Source: Methanobacteriota archaeon
GTDB lineage: Archaea > Thermoplasmatota > Poseidoniia > Poseidoniales > Thalassarchaeaceae
Assembly: GCA_002730095.1 (NCBI GenBank)
Contig: PBZE01000019.1
Span: 9,071 to 73,070 of the forward strand
Reading direction: 5' to 3'
DNA: 64,000 nucleotides
How positions within the stretch are numbered: the stretch's first letter is position 1; each line of letters starts with the position of its first letter. The notes under the pieces are model-generated. The model was given only the letters and a program-made list of their open reading frames with translations. It ran no database searches and had not been told where the DNA came from. Positions 40,930 through 49,082 of this stretch are shown one piece after another. Position numbers and translations under genes: made by a program.

Positions 40930-42765
40930 ATGAGGGAAGATTACTCAGTTCACGAGTATGATGTCTTGGTTATCGGTGCTGGTGGAGCTGGCCTGAGAGC
41001 AGCCATAGAGGCAAGTTCTTCGGGCTCTACTGTAGCAATAATATCAAAGTCAATGCTTGGAAAGGCTCACACGGTAATGGCCGAAGGTGGAGCAGCTGCA
41101 GCTCTGGCGAATAAGGATGAGCGTGACTCTTGGGAGACTCACTTCCGTGATACCATGAAGGGGGGGAAATACCTTAATGATTGGCGAATGGCAAGGATTC
41201 ACGCTCAGCAAGCCCCAGATAGAATCAGAGAGTTAGAACAATGGGGCGCAGTATTCGACAGAACTCCCAGGGGGCTAACGAGTCAGAGAAACTTTGGGGG
41301 CCATACATACCCGAGATTAGCTCACATTGGTGATGCAACCGGTTTAGAGCTTATTAGGACCCTACAACAGAAGGGGATTCACACTGGTATGGATGTTTTC
41401 ATGGAGTTCACAGTCAGGAAGCTCTTCAAGAAGGATGGTCGGGTTATTGGCTGCTTCTCGTATAGCAGAAATGATGGTTCTTTCCACGTCTTCAAGGCCA
41501 AATCAATCGTTCTCGCAACGGGAGGGGCCACTAGATGTTGGGAAGTATGTTCTGGATCATGGGAGTATACTGGAGAAGGTTTCGCTCTCGCCTACTGGGC
41601 TGGGGCTGAAATGGGAGATATGGAATTTATTCAGTTCCACCCAACTGGAATGATTTGGCCCAAATCTGTCAAGGGCATCCTTGTGACTGAGGGAGTCAGG
41701 GGAGAGGGAGGAATGCTAAGGAACTCGGAGGGTGATCGCTTCATGTTCCAATATGTTCCTGAGATGTACAAGGACGAGTTTGCTGACACGGAGAAGGAGG
41801 CTCTTGAATGGGTTGATGAAGTGGTTTCAGGAAAGCTGGCAACCAAAAGAAGACCTCCCGAGCTACTGACTAGAGACGTGGTAGCTAAGGCGATTAACAG
41901 TGAGAGGGATGCTGGGAGAGCTTCGGAGCATGGAGGGGCATATCTAGATATTTCTTGGAGAGACGAGGAGGAGGTCAAGAAGAAGCTCCCGGGAATGTAT
42001 CATCAATTCAAGGAGTTAGCAGCAGTAGACATCACCAAAGAGCCGATGGAAGTTGGCCCTACCGCCCACTATGTCATGGGAGGAGTCAAGGTTAACTATG
42101 AAACTCAAGAGACCTGCATCAAGGGACTATTCGCTGCTGGAGAAGCTGCAACGGGGCTTCATGGAGCAAATCGTCTAGGGGGCAACTCTCTTTCTGATCT
42201 GATTGTTTTTGGAAAGATTGCCGGAGAGCATGCGGCAAAATTGTCTAAGGAAACCCATTCCTTTGAAGAAATATCAGAGGTTGAAATAGAGGAGGTAATC
42301 AAGGAAACTCTGGCGCCATTGCAGAGGAATGAGGGAGAGAATCCAGCTTCAGTGGTTTCCGACCTCAGAAAGATGATGCAGAATAAAGTAGGCATAATCC
42401 GGACAAAATCTCAATTGGAAGATGCTTTGGAAGATCTAAATGAGCTAGAGGGGCGAGCAGGAAGTGTATTCGGCGGAAGCGGTAAATCATACAATCCAGG
42501 ATGGCATCAATCACTCGAGATCAAGGCTATGATTGACGTAAGTAGGATGTGCACTCTAGCGGCATTGAGGAGAGAAGAAAGTAGAGGAGGCCATACTAGA
42601 GATGACTTTCCTCTTCCCGATCATACGCATTGGGGCAAGATTAACAGTGTGATTTGGATGAATGACTCAACGGGAGAGATGGAGATCAGGTTCGAGTCAT
42701 ACCCGCCTATTCCTAGCGATTTGAGGAATTTGCTTGATTCTGAGGATTTACATGAGGAGGAGTGA
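40930..42765 (+). CDS. sdhA: Succinate dehydrogenase / fumarate reductase flavoprotein subunit
   Basis: The FAD-binding N-terminus reads YDVLVIGAGGAGLRAA. The covalent-FAD His region is KAHTVMAEGG, and HYVMGGV is also present. Confidence 0.95.
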   Translation: MREDYSVHEYDVLVIGAGGAGLRAAIEASSSGSTVAIISKSMLGKAHTVMAEGGAAAALANKDERDSWETHFRDTMKGGKYLNDWRMARIHAQQAPDRIRELEQWGAVFDRTPRGLTSQRNFGGHTYPRLAHIGDATGLELIRTLQQKGIHTGMDVFMEFTVRKLFKKDGRVIGCFSYSRNDGSFHVFKAKSIVLATGGATRCWEVCSGSWEYTGEGFALAYWAGAEMGDMEFIQFHPTGMIWPKSVKGILVTEGVRGEGGMLRNSEGDRFMFQYVPEMYKDEFADTEKEALEWVDEVVSGKLATKRRPPELLTRDVVAKAINSERDAGRASEHGGAYLDISWRDEEEVKKKLPGMYHQFKELAAVDITKEPMEVGPTAHYVMGGVKVNYETQETCIKGLFAAGEAATGLHGANRLGGNSLSDLIVFGKIAGEHAAKLSKETHSFEEISEVEIEEVIKETLAPLQRNEGENPASVVSDLRKMMQNKVGIIRTKSQLEDALEDLNELEGRAGSVFGGSGKSYNPGWHQSLEIKAMIDVSRMCTLAALRREESRGGHTRDDFPLPDHTHWGKINSVIWMNDSTGEMEIRFESYPPIPSDLRNLLDSEDLHEEE

Positions 42766-43529
42766 TTTTGCAGAGAGTTACGTTCAGTGTTTTTCGGGGA
42801 GAGCCAGACCAAGATGGCGATCCATTCGGAAAAATGATCGATTACACCATAGACCTTGATGAGGGAATGGTTGTATTAGACGCCATCCATACCATTCAGG
42901 CGGAGTTTGCACCGGACTTGGCCTGCAGATGGAACTGCAAGGCAGGAAAGTGTGGATCTTGCAGTGCTGAAGTGAATGGAAAGTCAAGATTGATGTGTAT
43001 GACAAGAATGGATGACATCCTAGAAGAGACCCCTGAGGGAGATCCTGTGGTCATCAGGCCAATGCAGACATTCCCTCTAGTAAGGGATCTTGTTAGTGAT
43101 ACGTCTTGGGCCTATGAGACTGATAGGAGGATAGAGCCAATTAGTGGCCCGGGAGAGGTTGATTGGGAATACTACCAGCATGAGGCCGATAGGATACAGG
43201 AGTTTAGATCGTGCATAGAGTGCATGCTATGTGTGAATACATGTCACGTAATGAGGGAGCATCAGAAGTTCGATGAGTTTGCTGGGCCTAGATTTTTTGT
43301 GAGGCTAGCAAGCCTTGAGATGCATCCATTGGACAAAAAAAGTAGGATTCCAGAAATTAAGGAGGATTTCGGTATTGACTATTGCAACATTACCGGATGT
43401 TGTAGCAGTGTTTGCCCAGCGGGAATTGACATTAGAGAGAACGCAATAATCCCGTTAAAGGAAAGAGTTGTTACTGAATTCTATGATCCTATCGCTATGA
43501 TAGGGAAGAAACTTGGACTGAGGCGCTAG
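42762..43529 (+). CDS. sdhB: Succinate dehydrogenase iron-sulfur subunit
   Basis: The 2Fe-2S site reads CRWNCKAGKCGSCS. The 4Fe-4S and 3Fe-4S Cys clusters are CIECMLCVNTC and CCSSVCP. Confidence 0.9.
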   Translation: MILQRVTFSVFRGEPDQDGDPFGKMIDYTIDLDEGMVVLDAIHTIQAEFAPDLACRWNCKAGKCGSCSAEVNGKSRLMCMTRMDDILEETPEGDPVVIRPMQTFPLVRDLVSDTSWAYETDRRIEPISGPGEVDWEYYQHEADRIQEFRSCIECMLCVNTCHVMREHQKFDEFAGPRFFVRLASLEMHPLDKKSRIPEIKEDFGIDYCNITGCCSSVCPAGIDIRENAIIPLKERVVTEFYDPIAMIGKKLGLRR

Positions 43530-43549
43530 AGGGACTCTAGGCTTCGTGG

Positions 43550-43575
43550 CGTAATTTGTTACGTTAGTGTTTTTC
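43550..43575 (+). terminator. Candidate terminator for sdhB: a short hairpin CGTAAtttgTTACG followed by a T5 run
   Basis: The hairpin and T-run are read directly, about 20 nt downstream of the sdhB stop. Archaeal terminators are oligo-T tracts. Confidence 0.3.
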
Positions 43576-43579
43576 CGAA

Positions 43580-43843
43580 CTATAGACGCTTGATACCGGT
43601 CTTCTTGACGTTTGCCTTCCAGATTTTTTCTGGAAGATAAGCCGGACCGCCTGCGCCTTTGGACTCTAGAGTTCTCCAACCTTCGAAGCAGTGCACCCTG
43701 TTGGTGCCGCGCTCCCTCAAGTCAATGCTCGTGTGCCCTCTGCGGGCTGCTTTCAGAGCAGCCCCCCTGGGCTGACTGTTCACAAAGACCTGACTGGTGT
43801 CCTCTCCATTCTCCATTAGTACGAAGTACTTCTTTCCTGACAT
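43580..43843 (-). CDS. Chromosomal protein MC1 (archaeal non-histone chromatin protein)
   Basis: The 87-aa translation is collinear with Methanosarcina MC1: FVL.ENGE...QPRGAALKAARRG...LRERGT.RVH.F.GW...P..I.K..VKK. Confidence 0.8.
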   Translation of the reverse strand: MSGKKYFVLMENGEDTSQVFVNSQPRGAALKAARRGHTSIDLRERGTNRVHCFEGWRTLESKGAGGPAYLPEKIWKANVKKTGIKRL

Positions 43844-43946
43844 TTCAGCATACCTCCGCTCTGATGCTGATTTAACGGGATATGAAGTTATTGGGTAAAA
43901 AAAGACTCACTGAGCCTCATTTGGGGGTTTTTATGTTTATTCGAGC

Positions 43947-44231
43947 TCACATTTCAGCACAAGCGAGAGTCTTGGTATTCGCGACTCCCGGTATCGCGCG
44001 GATGGATTCTACCACATGACGAGCTATCTCCCCCATGCTACTTGCCTCAATTTTTACAATTAGATCATAGTCCCCGAAAAGGATGTTTGCATCAGTGACA
44101 CAGTCCAAATTCAAAGCTTCTTTGTAGACGTCTGATTCGCTCCCCGGTTCGACATTGACCAACACATACCCAGATGACATGGAAGGATCGTAGAGGGTCT
44201 TGACGGATGAATGCATCGATTGTGGGATCAT
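43947..44231 (-). CDS. Stand-alone Lrp/AsnC-type ligand-binding (RAM) domain protein
   Basis: The 94-aa protein reads YVLVNVEPGSESDVYKEALNLDCVTDANILFGDYDLIVKIEA, a typical RAM domain. No HTH is present. Confidence 0.65.
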   Translation of the reverse strand: MIPQSMHSSVKTLYDPSMSSGYVLVNVEPGSESDVYKEALNLDCVTDANILFGDYDLIVKIEASSMGEIARHVVESIRAIPGVANTKTLACAEM

Positions 44232-44276
44232 TGATTTGTCGATGGTTACTTATCATATGACCCTCCTTGTCATGTT

Positions 44277-44918
44277 ATGGCGGAGACAATAATTGTGAGA
44301 GAGTGCCGTCATGGTCAGGTCAGAGTGCAGTTTGGTAATATCATCAGAGTAGAAGGGGACATCATGGTCATCCCAGCCAATAACAGACTCGCAGGCAGAG
44401 AAGGTCTTGATGAGAGAATGCAATTGGCTGCTGGAGATGAATTGAGGGCTAGATGTACTGAGATTGCTGTAGAGAGGAGGAAAGAAGGGAAGCAGCCATG
44501 TGGAGTCGGAGAAGCAGTCACTACCCCCGGTTACAATCTACCTGCAGAAAATTTGGTTCATGTTGTAGGACCTGATTGCAGAAGGCCCAATCAGGATAAC
44601 TTCAGAAGGGAGCTTCTAGTTAATTCTTACAATGCTATGTTTGAAGAAATTGCAAAGATTAAACCTAGGGAAACACTGGTGACTCCTCCTCTGGGAATGG
44701 ATGTTTTTGCTTATCCCCATAGAGAGGGCGCACGAATGACTATGGAAATCATTCTCGACTGGATGGATAGAGAAGAGGACCCCGGTGTGAAGATGGTACT
44801 AATTGTCACAGATGAGGTAAATTTCCTGAATAACATGAAAACTGTGTACAGAGAAAGTGAAGATCAGTTTCCTGGTGTGGATAGGACTAGGGATTTCAGA
44901 AAAGGCAAGATTCAGTAA
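44277..44918 (+). CDS. Macro-domain protein (ADP-ribose binding / O-acetyl-ADP-ribose deacetylase-like)
   Basis: The macro-domain N-terminal signature IMVIPANNRLAGREGLDERMQLAAG is present, and the length (213 aa) is compatible. Confidence 0.55.
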   Translation: MAETIIVRECRHGQVRVQFGNIIRVEGDIMVIPANNRLAGREGLDERMQLAAGDELRARCTEIAVERRKEGKQPCGVGEAVTTPGYNLPAENLVHVVGPDCRRPNQDNFRRELLVNSYNAMFEEIAKIKPRETLVTPPLGMDVFAYPHREGARMTMEIILDWMDREEDPGVKMVLIVTDEVNFLNNMKTVYRESEDQFPGVDRTRDFRKGKIQ

Positions 44919-44962
44919 TGAATGACCAATGTTCTCATTAACCCTGACAATACGATAGTGAC

Positions 44963-45559
44963 ATGGGCAGTATAGGCAGCCAATATGAAAGGGAGCTCCG
45001 ATCTGTTCTAGCAGGTGAAATAAAGGGAATTAGAGCTGTTACAAGATCGTGCTCTGAAACGGAGAGATCTCTTGCAATGAGGGTTACGAATAGGCCATTT
45101 CTCGTAGTGAGAGCACCTGGGAGCGGTTCTGAGGGCACTGGTGATTTGCTGGCTTTGAGAGGGGACATATGCTTTCCAATTGAAGTCAAATCATCAAAAA
45201 AACCTCGTCTGTATCTATCTGGGAGAACGTATGATCAGTTCAAATCGCTTAAGGAGACTGGTGAGAGATGTGGCTTACTTCCACTCTACGCGTACAGACT
45301 GAAGGGCGTACGTGGCGATAGTTGGAGAATAATGAAGGTGGAGGTGTCGGGACTCAGTGGAAAGCTGCGTCATATCTCAAGGAGTATACCCTCTCTACCA
45401 CTGACTAGAAATGGTAAAGAATTCCTGGACTGGGATCAAGGAATGCCATTGCACAGATTCCTCGCGCTAATTTGTAAATCAGATAGCTTAGGCGGAGCTG
45501 CGGAGAGCATTCAGAGTGAAATAATCAAGTCTAATTTTGGATCTAAAATTTCAAATTAG
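44963..45559 (+). CDS. hjc: Holliday junction resolvase Hjc-like (with an internal insertion and a ~60-aa C-terminal extension)
   Basis: ERELRSVL...VRAPGSGSEGTGDLLAL...FPIEVKSSKK carries the catalytic E...D...E-x-K set of Hjc. At 198 aa it is longer than the typical ~130-aa Hjc. Confidence 0.6.
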   Translation: MGSIGSQYERELRSVLAGEIKGIRAVTRSCSETERSLAMRVTNRPFLVVRAPGSGSEGTGDLLALRGDICFPIEVKSSKKPRLYLSGRTYDQFKSLKETGERCGLLPLYAYRLKGVRGDSWRIMKVEVSGLSGKLRHISRSIPSLPLTRNGKEFLDWDQGMPLHRFLALICKSDSLGGAAESIQSEIIKSNFGSKISN

Positions 45560-45747
45560 CTTCCTTTCAGTTCTGTTTCCAAGTCTGAAATAAATTGATT
45601 TAATATCCCTAATTCTGAGCTAAGTTTGCTGAAATTTGCCTGAGATAGAATCCTGATTATACTATCCCTCTCCCTTCTCAGTGAGTCGATGTCTCTAGTA
45701 CGCTTCCTTGAGGAAGGGGTGGATGCCGGGATATCCGTCATGGACAT
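45556..45747 (-). CDS. Small hypothetical protein (63 aa, predicted helical)
   Basis: It is an ORF only. It overlaps the hjc stop by 4 nt (convergent). Confidence 0.25.
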   Translation of the reverse strand: MSMTDIPASTPSSRKRTRDIDSLRRERDSIIRILSQANFSKLSSELGILNQFISDLETELKGS

Positions 45748-45818
45748 ACGTAGGGGGGCACAGTAATCTGTGTTATTGTGGGACGCAGGTTGAATAAGAG
45801 GGCTGTGTTGTCAGGTTC

Positions 45819-47342
45819 ATGCGAGCAGATGGAGAGGTCTCCAAAGTCAGTGAGATCCCCGTCTTCTGGATTTTAATCCTAGCATTCGGAATATACTCCA
45901 ACATACTTCCTGCTGGATTGATTATTGGACTTGGGATATGGTATGCTCTGCTAGTATATCTTGAGAATTCTGGTTTTCTAAAAAAATGGAGCTTGGAAAG
46001 GGTTGCTGGCATCGTTCTTATGATTAGGACAACGAGAGGCAGGGTTTTCCTAGAATACATATCAAAGAATAGAAAATTTTGGAGAATGTTCGGGGAGTTT
46101 TCTATTTGGCTGTGCTTCTTCGTTATGTTCTCAGTCGTAATTTTGATGGTTCTTGCATTTGTTACATCAATTAATTCCCCTCCTCAAGGATCCTTGCCTG
46201 CAACAGATATTCTTTTCATCCCCGGAGTCACAAGCTTCGTTCCTTTCTGGTGGCCTGCTCTGGCACTCATCTTCACTCTACTAATTCATGAGTATAGCCA
46301 TGGAATACAAGCTAGGGCACATGGAATGGAGGTGAGAAGCTTTGGTTTACTGGTTGCGGGCCCTATCCCAGTCGGTGCATTCGCTGAACCTGAGCAGATG
46401 GATATGATATTGGCACCAAGGAGAGAGAGGATTCGGCTTTTCGCAGCCGGGCCTTCGATAAATCTGGTAGCTACGTTTCTTTTCTTGATCGTGATCGGGT
46501 TCGTGTCTAGTGGTTTCGTAGCCACTAATCCAGGCATTCATGCACTAGCTGTCATAGAAGATGGAGGTGCGGATGAAGCTGGAATCAAGGCTTACGACAT
46601 TATCACTCATGTTGATGGTAACGAAGTTACAGACTATGAGTCATTTTCAGTGCAGATGGACTCGCTGAAAGCTGGTGATGAGGTTGTTTTCACTGTAATC
46701 CCCTACAATGACGAAGGACGGACTTGGGAGGAAAGTTCGGAAATACTTGTTACTCTCGGCGATAAGGCTCAGTATTACCTGAACTTGTGTAATGGCGATC
46801 AAGACTGTCTTGATGAGACTTCTGAGTTACTAGAAAGTTATGGAATCGGCGAAGGTGATGCTTTCTTGGGGGTCAATGCCCCCAGATCTGGGACGTATCA
46901 AACAGATAGGTTTTCCTTCATCTTTGAAGAAAGATACACGACAGGGCAGAAGGCTCTGACACTCTTGCTCACTCCATTGTCCATGATGGGGACTCCCATG
47001 TCATATGATGGGCAGACTATGGATCTACACGAGAGAGGCATGATAGAGGTTGATGATGAGTTTGTCCTATCCGGACTTGGTACTGAAGGACTATTGGATC
47101 TTTTCGACTTCATTTTCTGGCTAATATGGGTTAACTTTCTTCTCGGGTTCCTGAATCTCCTACCAATCATCCCCTTCGATGGTGGGCACATGCTAAAGGA
47201 TGGTGCTCACTCTATTCTTTCTAGGATTATGAAAGGGAGTAATCCCCTCAGAGTTGAGAGGTTGGCTGGCTCAATAGGTGGAGTGACCACTGTAGTAATG
47301 TTGATCATCGTTCTAATCCCAATAATGATGCTAATTGTATGA
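45819..47342 (+). CDS. Site-2 protease (M50-family intramembrane zinc metalloprotease) with PDZ domain
   Basis: The HExxH motif (LIHEYSHGIQA) sits in a TM helix, there is a PDZ-like segment, and the LDG-type motif is NLLPIIPFDGGH. Confidence 0.8.
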   Translation: MRADGEVSKVSEIPVFWILILAFGIYSNILPAGLIIGLGIWYALLVYLENSGFLKKWSLERVAGIVLMIRTTRGRVFLEYISKNRKFWRMFGEFSIWLCFFVMFSVVILMVLAFVTSINSPPQGSLPATDILFIPGVTSFVPFWWPALALIFTLLIHEYSHGIQARAHGMEVRSFGLLVAGPIPVGAFAEPEQMDMILAPRRERIRLFAAGPSINLVATFLFLIVIGFVSSGFVATNPGIHALAVIEDGGADEAGIKAYDIITHVDGNEVTDYESFSVQMDSLKAGDEVVFTVIPYNDEGRTWEESSEILVTLGDKAQYYLNLCNGDQDCLDETSELLESYGIGEGDAFLGVNAPRSGTYQTDRFSFIFEERYTTGQKALTLLLTPLSMMGTPMSYDGQTMDLHERGMIEVDDEFVLSGLGTEGLLDLFDFIFWLIWVNFLLGFLNLLPIIPFDGGHMLKDGAHSILSRIMKGSNPLRVERLAGSIGGVTTVVMLIIVLIPIMMLIV

Positions 47343-48152
47343 TTATTCTTCCTCATCATTTCTGGGATAAATGGCATCTACCACACTTGGGATTACCAAA
47401 ATAGAGGCGATAACCAGACCCAACATGGTCCAAGTCTTACTCGTAACATAATCTGCCGAAGGAGGAGGGGAGAAGAATAGCTTGGCAGCCCCAATCCAAG
47501 GGATCTCTGATGATGCGATGCCGATAATCCATTCGTCTTTGACTGCGGTAACTGGGTTATTATTTTCATCTAGGAGGCCATTTCTTCCATCTTGTCCAGT
47601 AGCTGAAAGTTGGTCTATTCTGCATCCATTGGTATCGGGATTATCTCCTGTGGTGAGGTATCCTTCGTGTGAAGGTACCCAGTCATCTATCTTCAAATCG
47701 TATACTGATCCATGATACGATACGCAGCTGTATCCTAGGGTCCAGTTGACGCTACTTACGCCCCTTAGCGTGGTTCCTGGAACATCCCAACCTCCTGATT
47801 CATTCAGAACTGCCTTCAAGAGTGCTCGATGGATTACAGGGGTGTCTGATCCTCCGTTCTTACTGAATACAATAACATCCCCATACATTCCATGGGACTC
47901 GTATCCAAAATTTTCATCACTAGGGTCCGTAGCTTCAACATAGGTCACAACGTCCTTTCTTTCCGGGTTAACTACAAGGATCAAATCGCCCGGATCTATG
48001 ACGCCGATCTTTCCATCGTCATCATGCATCATGGACCCAGACTCCACTACCACCATGGGAGGGAAGGTTCCAGTTGATAGGTACATGGCTCCAAGAAGAA
48101 GTGAGACCAGCCCTCCTGCGAGGAATACCTCTCTGAATACCGTATTATTCAT
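47343..48152 (-). CDS. Signal peptidase I (archaeal Sec11/S26B-type) with a large insertion and C-terminal TM
   Basis: It has an N-terminal TM helix, then VVVESGSMMH containing the catalytic Ser. At 269 aa it is longer than the usual ~180-aa protein. It is convergent with S2P with zero gap. Confidence 0.65.
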   Translation of the reverse strand: MNNTVFREVFLAGGLVSLLLGAMYLSTGTFPPMVVVESGSMMHDDDGKIGVIDPGDLILVVNPERKDVVTYVEATDPSDENFGYESHGMYGDVIVFSKNGGSDTPVIHRALLKAVLNESGGWDVPGTTLRGVSSVNWTLGYSCVSYHGSVYDLKIDDWVPSHEGYLTTGDNPDTNGCRIDQLSATGQDGRNGLLDENNNPVTAVKDEWIIGIASSEIPWIGAAKLFFSPPPSADYVTSKTWTMLGLVIASILVIPSVVDAIYPRNDEEE

Positions 48153-48153
48153 C

Positions 48154-48993
48154 TCACTCCTCCTCTTGGTATTTGACGAGGGGCTTTGTAAAGTCCAAGA
48201 TTATAGAAAAGAAGGCAATTAGTAATAGACTCACAGAATCCAAATGTGGTGGACTAAAGGTGATTCTCTCCATTGAGAGAATGTATGCTGAAAGATCAAT
48301 TGTATCGTTATTTATGCCCCCTAGCCCGATAGATATGCCAAAAATCGTGTTTAGAGACAATAGAAGAATTGCTGATGCCGAGAGAACTATGATCGTCCTA
48401 TTCACCTTCTTCAACTTGAGTGAGTGTAAACCAGGTAGCCAATAAGATAGTCGAGAGTCCTCGGTTTGCCACCACTCATATTCGATTTTCTCTTTTTCAA
48501 GAGAGATTCTTTTACTAAGGAAATTCTTTGGGGGGGACGGCTCAACCTTGAATCTCTTCCCTCCTCTAATCTGAAAATTAGCATAAAGGCCCATAAGTCT
48601 AGATTGGTATTTGGGGCCTAGCATAGCTGCTGCATCTTCTGCCTCTTTCCTCCTTCTTAGGACCTCAGTTCTTGCATCTAAAGCGAGGATTTCTTCTAAG
48701 GCCCCTCTTTGGGACCAATAATATCCAAACTCGGGAAGCGTGTAGAATGAAATCAGTGAGCCCCCCACCAAGCAAAGCCAACTGAATGGGACCATACGAT
48801 CTTGGTGAGATGGATCTGAAGCCCCTCCAAGAATGAATAGGAAAATGAACCCCCATAACATTGATGCGCATGAGAGAATGGTGACATATGTTACAATCTG
48901 GAAATGACTGTCTTTCTTGGATTCCCACCATCTAGTGAAAACACCCTTCCTAGTTGCCCTTCCGCGAGCCATAGCAATCACTGGACACAGCAC
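48154..48993 (-). CDS. Hypothetical membrane protein (279 aa)
   Basis: It has N- and C-terminal hydrophobic helices and a charged, predicted-helical middle region. It ends 1 nt before the signal peptidase start, which suggests an operon. Confidence 0.45.
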   Translation of the reverse strand: MLCPVIAMARGRATRKGVFTRWWESKKDSHFQIVTYVTILSCASMLWGFIFLFILGGASDPSHQDRMVPFSWLCLVGGSLISFYTLPEFGYYWSQRGALEEILALDARTEVLRRRKEAEDAAAMLGPKYQSRLMGLYANFQIRGGKRFKVEPSPPKNFLSKRISLEKEKIEYEWWQTEDSRLSYWLPGLHSLKLKKVNRTIIVLSASAILLLSLNTIFGISIGLGGINNDTIDLSAYILSMERITFSPPHLDSVSLLLIAFFSIILDFTKPLVKYQEEE

Positions 48994-49082
48994 ATATGAT
49001 TAGTCACTTCCTATTTTATGATTGGAAAAATAGGAGGTTTTCATCCGATTGGTTCATGAGAAGGCTGCGTTATGGATGTTTG

